From: a virus
Reading direction: 5' to 3' (one strand)
IMG/VR virus record: IMGVR_UViG_3300027759_000050
Coordinates: 96,680 to 160,679 of that record
DNA: 64,000 nucleotides
The translations under genes and the position numbers were made by a program. Below, piece by piece: positions 54,471-64,000 of this stretch. Under the pieces are notes generated by a model that ran no database searches, was not told the origin of the DNA, and was given only the letters and a program-made list of their open reading frames with translations. Within the stretch, counting starts at the first letter, position 1; each line of letters opens with the position of its first letter.

Positions 54471-55053
54471 TTTCTTCTTTAGGATTCAAGAATGCCTTTT
54501 CCGCAAGTGTTAATGCCAAATCACCCTCAGGTTCCAAAAATGCCTCGATACCTTTTGGTTTTTTGGCATTCTTTTTATCGGCCTTTTTCTTGGATTGGCC
54601 AAGTTCGTAGACTTCAATAAAATCTGCAATGTTATCGTACAATTCAAACTGCTTAGTGCCTCCTGAATCTAAGTCCTGCATCTCATACTCATCTAGGATA
54701 CCCATCTGAGCTGTAGACTTGTACTTGATATATGTTTGCTTTTTTTCTTTCTGTATGCGTCTTAGGAATGCAAAGTATATAATCTGTGTGAAGTATGCAA
54801 ATGGATTGGAAGACTTAGCTGGATTGAAGTTCTCAAAATACATTAGACAGTTCTCAATACCATCAGAAATCATTTCATCTCTGTAGGAATAACTAATGAA
54901 ATTTGGTTTATGTGATAGACCTTCGGCAATTTTCATCCAGCATTCACCAATATAGTTTGGTATTGGTTCTTTTGGATTTTTAGCTTTGCGTTCTTTGTAT
55001 GCCAAAAGTTCTTGTAGGAAGGTTGCGTTGTTAATGTAATGTTTAGAGCTCAT
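54463..55053 (-). CDS. gp55: late-transcription sigma factor
   Basis: HYINN, EMISDGIENC, NPFAYFTQI..AFLRRI.KEK. Confidence 0.97.
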   Translation of the reverse strand: MSSKHYINNATFLQELLAYKERKAKNPKEPIPNYIGECWMKIAEGLSHKPNFISYSYRDEMISDGIENCLMYFENFNPAKSSNPFAYFTQIIYFAFLRRIQKEKKQTYIKYKSTAQMGILDEYEMQDLDSGGTKQFELYDNIADFIEVYELGQSKKKADKKNAKKPKGIEAFLEPEGDLALTLAEKAFLNPKEEIA

Positions 55054-55124
55054 TCAAGTATACCAAAATATGTGTTGACAAAAGGGCTTGACTAATGTTA
55101 GTCTCCCGGTGTTGACCATTGAAA

Positions 55125-55496
55125 TTAATGTAATACCTTTTCTTCTGGATCAAGGGCAATAAATGCCTTAATCATCAGGTCTTTAATTTTCTCAGGCAAA
55201 GGTTCTTCTTCATTCGCATTCTCAAGGAGTTGTTCCACAGAAGTTTCATAGTATTCGGCAAATTCTTCTTTTGGTGTTGTCATAAAAACAACATCTTTGG
55301 AGTAAATAATAACTTCATTTTTTTCTACAAATTGAAAGGGTAAGTACGGAGCTAAGGTAATGTGAGATGCTTGCCCACGAACTTGAACTTGAAATTCCAT
55401 AGGATTAATTAAAAGAAATACACCATTTCTAATTTCATCAATGATGGATACAATGTCTGTACCGTCTAATAATCTGACTACTTTGATGTTATTCAT
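55125..55496 (-). CDS. Sm-like hypothetical protein
   Basis: VVRLLDGTDIV...INPM; resembles the ORF at 32729. Confidence 0.6.
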   Translation of the reverse strand: MNNIKVVRLLDGTDIVSIIDEIRNGVFLLINPMEFQVQVRGQASHITLAPYLPFQFVEKNEVIIYSKDVVFMTTPKEEFAEYYETSVEQLLENANEEEPLPEKIKDLMIKAFIALDPEEKVLH

Positions 55497-57007
55497 TTTT
55501 TTAGTCCTATCTTGTAGGTTTTAAAAGGGAACTTCTCATCAGTATATATCTTCACTCTTTCAACGAAATGTTTCAATGTAAAATTCATATGTTTTTTATA
55601 ACGTAAATCATCTGCAATATCATAAAGAGTTGCAATTTCTTTTCCTTCATTTTGCCTTAAACCTCGTCCAATTGATTGTAGGTTTCTTACTCTACTTTTA
55701 GAAGGTGAAGCAAAAATAATATTATGCAAGTTCCTAATATTAATACCAGTGCTAAAGGTACCAAAAGAAGCCACAACAATAGCGTCATTTTCCGTCTCCA
55801 TAATTTTCCTAATACTCTCTCTATCGTCCGTTTCCGTTTTACCAGAAATGAAAAAAACCTTTCGTTCACCAATTTTTTCGGTGTTCTTAATCATATCATA
55901 GAGGATTTGTCCATGCTTGGCAACCATTTGATATAATATAAGTGTATTATTACCTAAACTAACCGCAAGATTCTTAATGAACTTATTCCTCTGTTCGTTC
56001 GCAATAAGATATTGTATTTCTTCCTGATAGTCTTTACTTTTCATTTCCAAGCAAATTTCATCTGGATGTTTCAAAATAAGACATTTTATCTCAAATTTTG
56101 ATAGTTCATTCTTGTCAATCAGCTCTTTTGTCGTTATAACGCGCTTGGTTGAACCGAAGAGCCCTTCCAATACTAACTTGTGCGTCTTAGTGCCGTCAAG
56201 CGTTCCAGTGAGTCCTATTCGATATTTTGCGTTGGTACATGCAGTTAAAATGCTTGTAAGTGATTGAGCCTTGAACAAATGCGCTTCATCACCAATAACA
56301 TAGTCGAATTGTTCGAAATATTGTTTAGGCATCTTATATAACGATTGCCATGTGGAAATAGTTACATCTTTGTCTGTATCTTTTTCTTTACCTTGATAAA
56401 TTCTGTGGACATGTTCGTGATTCTTAAAATCATTTTCACCGGAGTAATCGCCAAAGTCTGAATACAACTGTTCAACCAAAGAAGTTGTTGGAACAATAAT
56501 CAGTCCTTTTAATTTCTGATAGTCCATTAACTGTCGAACAATCAGATATATGATTAGTGATTTACCTGATGCCGTAGGAGATAATAATAAAGCTCTGCGA
56601 GTTTGCATTGCATGACAAAATGCATCCACCTGATGTTCTCTTATTTCAATCTTCTTGCCTCTTGACGATAGTTTTAAACTATCTGCAAACTTCTTGGCAT
56701 GATAAACTGAGAATTCATCTTCAATATCCAAATGTGCCGAATCTTGACTGTAACCAATCGTATAGTCTCTAGATTCACAGAATTCTTGGAGATACTTTAT
56801 TAACCCAATGTATAGATGATTAGTTCTTAGGTCTAATAGGCGGATTTTACCATCCCATATTCTGTTACGATACGCTGGAACAAACTGATATCCTGGAACA
56901 AAGAAGGTAAAAAACTCTGAAATTTCTTGTGAGATATGTTTCTCACATTGTATCTTCAAATATACTTCATTGACCTTGGAGATATATACATGATTACTGT
57001 CCTCCAA
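55493..57007 (-). CDS. uvsW: SF2 RNA-DNA/DNA helicase
   Basis: SPTASGKS, DEAH, TGT, QSIGRGLR. Confidence 0.96.
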   Translation of the reverse strand: MEDSNHVYISKVNEVYLKIQCEKHISQEISEFFTFFVPGYQFVPAYRNRIWDGKIRLLDLRTNHLYIGLIKYLQEFCESRDYTIGYSQDSAHLDIEDEFSVYHAKKFADSLKLSSRGKKIEIREHQVDAFCHAMQTRRALLLSPTASGKSLIIYLIVRQLMDYQKLKGLIIVPTTSLVEQLYSDFGDYSGENDFKNHEHVHRIYQGKEKDTDKDVTISTWQSLYKMPKQYFEQFDYVIGDEAHLFKAQSLTSILTACTNAKYRIGLTGTLDGTKTHKLVLEGLFGSTKRVITTKELIDKNELSKFEIKCLILKHPDEICLEMKSKDYQEEIQYLIANEQRNKFIKNLAVSLGNNTLILYQMVAKHGQILYDMIKNTEKIGERKVFFISGKTETDDRESIRKIMETENDAIVVASFGTFSTGINIRNLHNIIFASPSKSRVRNLQSIGRGLRQNEGKEIATLYDIADDLRYKKHMNFTLKHFVERVKIYTDEKFPFKTYKIGLKK

Positions 57008-57428
57008 TGAATCTCTCCCATGCGATATATTCTCTTAGTTGCCATGTGCGTTGTTTTAATTCACCCATTATGGATTCAACAACCGACACCACTTCCTCAT
57101 GATACATTTTTTTCTCAAGTAATTTAATTAAATCGTTATCAGATTCTAAGTAGGTGGGCATATCAGATTTAAGAGTATATCCAAACTGTTCCCAACCATA
57201 TTTTTCAAGTTCATCTTTGTCCATCTTTCCTGAATAGTATTCATACTTAATCTTACGCATACGAGTATAATCAAAATGAATCCGTTTAGATGTAATTTTG
57301 TGTTTGGTGAGTATAGACAAATACTTGTTGTGTAGTTTGGGTATTTTTAGGAGTTCTTTGCCAGGTTCTGTCTGGTCTACTTCTGAGTCGGCTGTCCAGT
57401 ATTCTAAGATTTGTTCAAGATTTTCCAT
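56994..57428 (-). CDS. uvsY: recombination mediator protein
   Basis: IPKLHNKYL...YYSGK...WERF; synteny. Confidence 0.9.
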   Translation of the reverse strand: MENLEQILEYWTADSEVDQTEPGKELLKIPKLHNKYLSILTKHKITSKRIHFDYTRMRKIKYEYYSGKMDKDELEKYGWEQFGYTLKSDMPTYLESDNDLIKLLEKKMYHEEVVSVVESIMGELKQRTWQLREYIAWERFIGGQ

Positions 57429-57444
57429 AATATAAAATAAAAAG

Positions 57445-57972
57445 TTAAGCTGGTGTTATTTCAAAATACTCGTATTGAAAGGTTGCAGTTGCAGTTACAA
57501 TAGTATCTGCACTTAATTGTGTATCAAATTTAATGTCTGAAATTGAAAGTGGAAACATTCTATGATAGTTCACTCTCAACAATGGATTATTTAGGGCAGA
57601 CATAATAGTCAAAGTTGCGTCTGAATAGTAACTGTCACCAGTAGTATATTCATTCTGCAATTGATTTAACCTGGTTCTTTCATTGATACTTTTTGGTGAA
57701 CCGATTGCCAACAACCATTTATACAGTTCATTCCAAGATTGCAATTGTTCATCTACAATAAACGTCACATCAAATTCATTGTATGACAGTTTGTTTCCTG
57801 CAATTGGAACATCACGCAAAGGTGTTGGAAATGTAGCTGAACCCAAAGACACACCAGGTAAATTTGCTTCTTGACAAAAATACTGAACCGTAGGCAATCT
57901 CTCAAATGCCAAGATGAACTTGGATGATTGTAACGGATTCGTATTCTCTGGTGTTCTTGTTAAAGCTGACAT
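57445..57972 (-). CDS. gp3: tail terminator / sheath stabiliser
   Basis: YFCQEANLPG, FIVDE, SDATL, FPLSISDI; synteny. Confidence 0.85.
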   Translation of the reverse strand: MSALTRTPENTNPLQSSKFILAFERLPTVQYFCQEANLPGVSLGSATFPTPLRDVPIAGNKLSYNEFDVTFIVDEQLQSWNELYKWLLAIGSPKSINERTRLNQLQNEYTTGDSYYSDATLTIMSALNNPLLRVNYHRMFPLSISDIKFDTQLSADTIVTATATFQYEYFEITPA

Positions 57973-58157
57973 TACTTAGTTTTTTTGGTGTATTGACGTT
58001 TTTTCTTTTGCGCTGGTTTTGCAGGAGTCTCAACCACAGATTCAACAACTGGTGTTTCAACAACAGGTACATTAGGTGTGGTTACTGCATCCAATGGATG
58101 TTCAAATTTGGATTCTTTTTTTCCGAAGAAAGCTTTAATGAATTTAATCATATTCAT
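57972..58157 (-). CDS. small hypothetical protein
   Basis: SD AAAGGA; PVVE repeats, basic tail. Confidence 0.55.
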   Translation of the reverse strand: MNMIKFIKAFFGKKESKFEHPLDAVTTPNVPVVETPVVESVVETPAKPAQKKKRQYTKKTK

Positions 58158-58193
58158 TTCCTTTATAAATTAACATACACCTATTTAGGCGCC

Positions 58194-58223
58194 AAAAAAA
58201 AGGGAATCTTTCGATTCCCTTTT
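58194..58223 (-). terminator. intrinsic terminator after gp23
   Basis: AAAAGGGAATC-GAAA-GATTCCCTTTTTTTT. Confidence 0.9.
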
Positions 58224-58278
58224 GAACTATCACTCTTTTTGGTGACTTTACTATATTTTTACATATAGTTTTTAACCA

Positions 58279-59616
58279 TCACATTAGGTTTTTAACTGCG
58301 AACAGACGGTAGTACACATTTGCTTGTGAGTTTAGTCTACCGTTACCAGCTGTTAGACCTTCTGCGAATGGGTTTGCAACCATTCCGTAACGAGTCTTGA
58401 ATCCAATTTTTGGTTGGAATGTGAACTGGTCAACTGCACGAACCATTTGTAGAGGAACGTATGGGCAGTAGAATAGACCAGCGTCATAAGGAGAAGAACC
58501 CTTATAACCGATTGTAACCAATTCTTGGTTAGATGTGTATCCACCATAATACGGATCGATGTACACTTTGATACGACCGTGCAACAAACCTGCAAAGGTG
58601 TTACCAGTGTCATCAACTTGTAGGTCGGATTGTAGAGCAGGTGTGTAAGAAAGAACACCAGCCATTGCCATCGCTGAAGCAACGTCTGAAGAAACAATCA
58701 TCACATTACCTTTACCACGACGAGTTTGTTTTGCAATCACGTTTGCATCACGTTCAACTTGGAAAATCAAACCTTTGAAACGCTCAACAGACCAACGGCC
58801 GTTAGAGTCAGTATCAAGGTCGAAATAACCAGCAGTAGTTGTACCGTATTGAGCACCAATTTTCGCTACGTTGTAGATAGTACGGATAACTTCACGGTTG
58901 ATTTCAGCAAGAATCTCAGTAGAAAGAATGTTGCTCAATTCTGTTTCAGCATCCAAACCGTGGATAGCTTTCAAGTCTTGTGCAAGTTCTAGTGAGTATT
59001 CAGCTTTCAACGCACGGGATTGAGCAGTAACAGTAACTTTCTCGATAGAGAATGCCATTTGTTGGAATGCTGCACCTGCTTCTGAACCTAACAATTCTGC
59101 ATTAGCTGTTGGCATACCGATACCAGATGTGGTATTAGCAGAACCGGAAGCATTGATTTGGAAGAATGTGTTTGAGTCAGTCGCTGTTGTACCTGTGAAA
59201 CCATATGGATTCAATGCAGAATTCATACCAGAGAACACAGTATTAGCTTCATTGAAGAATGCTTCTGGGTTACCTGAACCTTGACCAGTGTAACGAGCAC
59301 GCATTGCGAAAATCAAACCTGTAGGACCAGTCATTGGTTGAACACCAGCAACATCATACGCGATTAGGTTAGGCAATGAACGACGAACCAAGCTGATTAA
59401 GATTGGGTCAAAGTTAGAGATACCACCAGCTACGTTTGTAGGACCATTGTCTACTAATGTTTCATTAAGAGCCAAACGGTCTTGACGCATTGCTTGGTGT
59501 TGGTTTTCCAAAACAAGTGCAGTAACTGCTTTCTTGTATGGGTCTGTAATGGATTGCAATTCTGGATGTTCTAGAACTGGTGCCCATTTCTTTTGTAGTT
59601 CTTCTGTCATATACAT
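58279..59616 (-). CDS. gp23: major capsid protein
   Basis: GVQPMTGPTGLIFAMR, ELAQDLKAIHG, YCPYVPL, FKTRYG. Confidence 0.99.
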   Translation of the reverse strand: MYMTEELQKKWAPVLEHPELQSITDPYKKAVTALVLENQHQAMRQDRLALNETLVDNGPTNVAGGISNFDPILISLVRRSLPNLIAYDVAGVQPMTGPTGLIFAMRARYTGQGSGNPEAFFNEANTVFSGMNSALNPYGFTGTTATDSNTFFQINASGSANTTSGIGMPTANAELLGSEAGAAFQQMAFSIEKVTVTAQSRALKAEYSLELAQDLKAIHGLDAETELSNILSTEILAEINREVIRTIYNVAKIGAQYGTTTAGYFDLDTDSNGRWSVERFKGLIFQVERDANVIAKQTRRGKGNVMIVSSDVASAMAMAGVLSYTPALQSDLQVDDTGNTFAGLLHGRIKVYIDPYYGGYTSNQELVTIGYKGSSPYDAGLFYCPYVPLQMVRAVDQFTFQPKIGFKTRYGMVANPFAEGLTAGNGRLNSQANVYYRLFAVKNLM

Positions 59617-59653
59617 GAGGGTTTCTCCTTGTGTGAAATTGATTTTTTATTTA

Positions 59654-60820
59654 TTACTTCAGTGATTTAGAAATGCCAGCGGCATATTGGTCGATTGAAG
59701 GATCAGCAGAACGCGGTGTCTTCTTTTCTTCTTCGATTAAAACTTCATCATCTAAAGCTGAATTATCTGCAACTGTATAGTCTTCTTTGAAATACGATGA
59801 CTTCAAAGTTTCCAATTTGGTTGCGAATTCATCTTCCGTAGTAAATTCCACACCCTCTGCGAGTGATTTTAATTTTTCTACTTGGGTTTGTGTCAAGCCT
59901 TCGCACGATTCATAAACGGCTTCGACTTTCTTTTGCTCGTTTAACTTTTTAGTTAAATCGATACCTTTATTGATTTGTTCATTAAGAGCATCTTCAAGTT
60001 GTGCAACTTTTTCTGCCATTTCTGAAACAACGTCAACTTTATCTTCTGGAATATCAATATAGTGTTCGATGAATAGATTGCGTAGACCACCAATGAAGTC
60101 TTCTGCAATTTCGGAACGTAAGCCATTTTCGATAGCCAATTCATTTTGTTCCATCCACTCATTAACCATATAGTTCAAATATTCATCAACTTTACCTGCT
60201 AGTTCTTCTTTGATTTCTTCAACAGCAGATTCGAATTGTTCTACTAATTGTTTTTCAACTTCTTCAGCAATAACTTCGATGCGAGACATAACTGCTGCTT
60301 CGAAAATTGTAGTTGCTTTTTGTTTGAATTCTTCTGTAAGGTTTTCACCTTCTAGTAATGCATTAACATCATCAGACATATCCAAATTTTCTGCATATGA
60401 TTGGAATGTTGCACCTGGATTTGCTTGCATTGTTTGTTTTGCTTTTGGTGAAGCAACACGGTCACGAATTGCATCACGATTGTTTGCGTCAGCTTGTACT
60501 GGATGCATAACATCTTTACGACCCATTGTTTCTTGTGGTTGGCCTTTTAGCTTAGAACCTTTTTCTGCACCAACCGGAGGTGTTGCACCTGGAGGAGTTG
60601 CTGATGGAGTACCTTTTAGGTAATCTGGCAATTCGTCATCCATTTTGTCAACATCTTGTCCAACAATACCTGCATCGTGTGAGCCATATGCTACAGATGC
60701 TGATAGTTTTCCACCTTTGTCTCCTGGTCCACGCTTTGCTGCAATATTAGCATCGAAAGTTTCTTTAGCACCTTCTAGAATAGCAGTAGCGGCTTCTGAC
60801 AGTTTAAATCTGTTTGTCAT
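59654..60820 (-). CDS. gp22: prohead core scaffold protein
   Basis: EEFKQKATTIFEAAV...YLNY...ENGL; synteny. Confidence 0.93.
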   Translation of the reverse strand: MTNRFKLSEAATAILEGAKETFDANIAAKRGPGDKGGKLSASVAYGSHDAGIVGQDVDKMDDELPDYLKGTPSATPPGATPPVGAEKGSKLKGQPQETMGRKDVMHPVQADANNRDAIRDRVASPKAKQTMQANPGATFQSYAENLDMSDDVNALLEGENLTEEFKQKATTIFEAAVMSRIEVIAEEVEKQLVEQFESAVEEIKEELAGKVDEYLNYMVNEWMEQNELAIENGLRSEIAEDFIGGLRNLFIEHYIDIPEDKVDVVSEMAEKVAQLEDALNEQINKGIDLTKKLNEQKKVEAVYESCEGLTQTQVEKLKSLAEGVEFTTEDEFATKLETLKSSYFKEDYTVADNSALDDEVLIEEEKKTPRSADPSIDQYAAGISKSLK

Positions 60821-60847
60821 TTAAAAATCTCCTTGATTTTGATTATT

Positions 60848-60855
60848 TATTTATA
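60848..60855 (-). promoter_or_regulatory. T4-type late promoter TATAAATA
   Basis: Exact consensus between gp21 and gp22. Confidence 0.85.
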
Positions 60856-60857
60856 GA

Positions 60858-61502
60858 TTAAAGTTTTTTGACGAAGTTTTCAAATATGCGAAGACTTACT
60901 GCCTCGATTTCCGCTGAAGAAGCTTTTCTGATTTCTCTTACTGCTTCTGCGTGGTCTACTTCAGTCCAAACACCATTCACCAACATCCATTCTTTTCCTT
61001 CCATGATACCTTGAACGAAAGCTCCAGGTGCTGAAGGGTCTGCTACAATATCCGCCGCTGTGGCCAGATAAAAATCGGCTTGAACAACATTAACACCGTT
61101 AACATTCTTCAGTGAGCCCATACCTCTTGATGAAACTCCTAATGATGCACCACCTTCAATTAATTGACGGGCGATATTTCCCATAGGAGTTGCCATGATT
61201 TTTGCTTTACCAATCCATTGAGTACCGTCTTCACGCAATCCAACAATCATGTGTGATACACGGTCTAAATTAATTGTAGGTGAATCTGGATGTCCCAATT
61301 CACCAAATGCACGATTTTTGTTGATGTAATCTGTGGTGTAACGATATACTTCTTTTTTCATCGTATTGAATTCGTATAGGCGTCCATTTTTGTTTTTCTT
61401 CTCGGCAACAAGGAATGGTCCTTCTATATACAGTTCTTTTGCACCGTCAGCACCTTCGGTGATATAATTAACGGTTTCGTTGATTTCTTTAATTAATTTC
61501 AT
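60858..61502 (-). CDS. gp21: prohead protease
   Basis: GELGHP, VSH, GVSSRGMGS, DIVADPSAP. Confidence 0.97.
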   Translation of the reverse strand: MKLIKEINETVNYITEGADGAKELYIEGPFLVAEKKNKNGRLYEFNTMKKEVYRYTTDYINKNRAFGELGHPDSPTINLDRVSHMIVGLREDGTQWIGKAKIMATPMGNIARQLIEGGASLGVSSRGMGSLKNVNGVNVVQADFYLATAADIVADPSAPGAFVQGIMEGKEWMLVNGVWTEVDHAEAVREIRKASSAEIEAVSLRIFENFVKKL

Positions 61503-61503
61503 A

Positions 61504-62058
61504 TTAACCTATCCCGTTATTGCCGTTTGGTGTTATACCATAAGGTGTGTAGTTGAATGCTGCAGGATCTCTGAATTGGCCGCGTGAGTAGTATTCATTG
61601 TGCTTGCGTAGTTCCATAATAATTGTATATGAATCATTTGCTAACATTCCGCGAGTTACAATGCCAATATCTCCATTTGCACGAGCTGTTCCTTGTGAGT
61701 TATTTGGAATAGTAATCCAGTTGCCATTACCGTCATATTCACCATTACCATTCAAAAAGAATATGGTTTGTGGTGTAGATGCATGCCAAGTTAATTCAAC
61801 ATCAGCTGTCGTTGAACTTGCACAATCGTACCATAATCGATACAAAGAAAGGCCGTAATATGATAGTGGAGTATTTGCTATATAACCGGCTGCATTGACA
61901 ACAGGAAAACCATTGGTCGCCAAAGCACCAGAAAGTGTGTTTGCTTGAATTCTTACAGTGTTAGATTCTTGACCAGTACCATCAAATTTAGCTGTTATTT
62001 TAATAACAGCGTGTTGAGTATCGTCTTTTAAGACTTGATAGGTATAAACATTTGACAT
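61504..62058 (-). CDS. putative virion protein
   Basis: Beta-rich ORF in the head operon. Confidence 0.6.
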   Translation of the reverse strand: MSNVYTYQVLKDDTQHAVIKITAKFDGTGQESNTVRIQANTLSGALATNGFPVVNAAGYIANTPLSYYGLSLYRLWYDCASSTTADVELTWHASTPQTIFFLNGNGEYDGNGNWITIPNNSQGTARANGDIGIVTRGMLANDSYTIIMELRKHNEYYSRGQFRDPAAFNYTPYGITPNGNNGIG

Positions 62059-62072
62059 ATTTTATTCCAATT

Positions 62073-63044
62073 TTAGTATCTGTCGCCGCTGCTATGTGTG
62101 CGTCCAGTTTTTGTTTCTTTTGTTTTACCGCCAGAAGATGATTTTGCAAACTCGGAAGGACCTTTGCTTTTCATGGTGAAAGCATTTGGTTTTTTTGGTC
62201 TTTCTTCATGCTTCTCTGCGTTTTCACCTTTTTCTTCATTTTCTTCTGGCAGATTTGGTCTAGTGTGAGTGCCTAAAGAACCTTTAATTTTATCTTTTAA
62301 TTGTTGAGTTCTTTTTTCTATTGTTTTTTGTCTTGGTTTGATACCATAACTATGTGCGCCTGTACCACCTCTTGTTGTTGGTGCACCAGGTGCAAATAAA
62401 AATCTATTTGTCAAACTAGCTTCATTTACTTCTTCATTTTCTTCTCTAACATATGATTCACCGTGAAGTGAACCGCCAATTCCATGTTTTTTTCTTAATT
62501 TTTCAGCTTCTTTTTCGTGGTGTTCTGATTCACCTGGACCAGCATATTCTGCATGAGCAACACTGTGGTCTGAATGTGATACCATATCATCAGCAACTTT
62601 ATTTCCATAATGTTTACGAACATGGTTTTCTATAGCTGTTGCAGCATGACTACTATTTTTCATACTTCCTGCACCAATACCATAACCTTGGTCTGCATGA
62701 TAGGATTCGTTACCATGTTTGTGCCATAATCCTGTAAGTGTCATTTTTTCCATTTTGCCTTCATCTAAAGGCTCTACAGATTCTTTTTGATGGTCAGCCA
62801 TAGTGTGTTTGCCATCTTTGTTTTTATCCAAAGATTTCATCATCTTCTTTTCGGCGTTTTCGTGGCCAGCACCTTCTTCTTTTTCTTCTTTAGCTTCTTG
62901 TCTGATTAGATTACCAGCAATTTCTTGTTTCTTTGCTTCAATAGCAGCAGTCACTCTATCATGAATAGAAGCGTAAAGTTCGTTACGAAATTCCACACCG
63001 TTGCTATCCATTGCGTAATCGATTAGGTTTCTTGTTGTGTCCAT
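62073..63044 (-). CDS. prohead core protein (gp67/68 position), extended
   Basis: Acidic helical N-terminus, EF-hand-like LDKNKDGK, His-rich module, several x-x-E sites. Confidence 0.6.
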   Translation of the reverse strand: MDTTRNLIDYAMDSNGVEFRNELYASIHDRVTAAIEAKKQEIAGNLIRQEAKEEKEEGAGHENAEKKMMKSLDKNKDGKHTMADHQKESVEPLDEGKMEKMTLTGLWHKHGNESYHADQGYGIGAGSMKNSSHAATAIENHVRKHYGNKVADDMVSHSDHSVAHAEYAGPGESEHHEKEAEKLRKKHGIGGSLHGESYVREENEEVNEASLTNRFLFAPGAPTTRGGTGAHSYGIKPRQKTIEKRTQQLKDKIKGSLGTHTRPNLPEENEEKGENAEKHEERPKKPNAFTMKSKGPSEFAKSSSGGKTKETKTGRTHSSGDRY

Positions 63045-63056
63045 TTTTATCTCCTA

Positions 63057-64000
63057 TTAACTTAGTGTTCTTTTAACTACTTCTAAAACTGGTTTATATT
63101 CTTCTTTCATTGGATTTTTCTCTTTTGCCTGGTTAACCTTTTTATCTAGGTCCGCCTGGTGAGTATTCTTCTCCATATCTAGTTGTCCTAACATTTGTTG
63201 TTGTGCAACATCTGTAGTAACTCCGACTGGCAATCCAAATCCTGCTTCTTTTTCTTTTTCCATTTCATCTTGCATGACTTTGATTTCATCGTCATCCAAG
63301 CGCAATACGTTTCTTTGAATCCATGCTTGAGAAAAATATCTGCCCGTATATGGATCAACCTCACCCAACAATGACAATCTTTCTTTCATCAACTCAGCTT
63401 CTTTAAGCTCAGTGAAGTTGTTGTCTTTAATGAAGTCGTAGTGAATATGTTCTCTAAATACTTTCCATTCATCATCAGTACAGATACCTTTAAGTACACA
63501 CTGTACTCTTAGGCATTGGTCAAACAGGTCAGAGAATCTAGTTCTCATGCGTCCAACAAACTTAGCAAACTTTAACTCATCACGGGTAATCTCGCCAACA
63601 CGGCCTAAAGAGAACCCAGACTGATTAGGATCTAACCTGGACACAGGAACATTCAAAGACTTATATAGTTTCTTTTCGAAATACTTAACGTCTTCCAACT
63701 CACCTAGGTTTTGTCCACCGGGAAGTGTAGTAATCTCTGTACCTTTACCACCTTCTCTACGAGGTAACCAAAAATCTTCCATCATAGACAAGAATTTACG
63801 GTCATCACGAATTTCACCTGTGTTGGCATCATACACCAACTTGTTCTTATACTTGACCATAATGTCACGCAGGTATTGTTCTGCTTTCAACTTAGGTAGA
63901 TTACCCACATCGATATAGAAAATACGGCGTTCAGGTGCTCTAGAGATACGATAGATAACTGTCGCATCTTCAATCATACGCAACTGATTTAACGGTTTGA
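63057..64000 (-). CDS. gp20: portal vertex protein, C-terminal part (start outside window)
   Basis: RAPERRIFYIDVGNLP, EDFWLPRREGGKGTEI. Confidence 0.98.
   Translation of the reverse strand, partial: KPLNQLRMIEDATVIYRISRAPERRIFYIDVGNLPKLKAEQYLRDIMVKYKNKLVYDANTGEIRDDRKFLSMMEDFWLPRREGGKGTEITTLPGGQNLGELEDVKYFEKKLYKSLNVPVSRLDPNQSGFSLGRVGEITRDELKFAKFVGRMRTRFSDLFDQCLRVQCVLKGICTDDEWKVFREHIHYDFIKDNNFTELKEAELMKERLSLLGEVDPYTGRYFSQAWIQRNVLRLDDDEIKVMQDEMEKEKEAGFGLPVGVTTDVAQQQMLGQLDMEKNTHQADLDKKVNQAKEKNPMKEEYKPVLEVVKRTLS

Noticed and set aside
55075-55104. Plus-strand TTGACA upstream of gp55 as an antisense promoter
   Set aside because: The -10 match at 17-18 nt spacing is poor and there is no plus-strand gene to drive.

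Overview
A 64-kb segment of an AT-rich T4-like myovirus, encoded almost entirely on the minus strand. The host is Gram-negative (GH19 endolysin plus two-component spanin), and a freshwater betaproteobacterium is plausible but only inferred. From right to left (transcription order) the window holds: the head module (gp20 portal, gp21, gp22, gp23), gp3, uvsY, uvsW, gp55, gp47/46, def, gp45/44/62, regA and hsp20; a 30-tRNA cluster covering all 20 amino acids, interleaved with several ncRNA-like elements, an HNH gene, a YkuK RNase-H-like gene and a DUF2828/vWA gene; gp43, uvsX and gp41; a sugar-modification cluster; a block of His-rich putative internal head proteins; the lysis cassette; and primase, thyX, nrdA/B and rnh. 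Two candidate new systems stand out. (1) An unannotated 35-codon leader ORF (40143-40250) encodes all 20 amino acids, has 30 consecutive non-repeating codons, and overlaps an antiterminator/terminator switch directly upstream of the tRNA array. It is a candidate attenuator sensing shortage of any tRNA. (2) A Ro60/TROVE-like DUF2828 gene shares a predicted transcript with three of four covarying Y-RNA-like ncRNAs, one of which has a YrlA-type circularly permuted tRNA module. All calls come from reading the sequence by eye; no database searches or folding programs were run.
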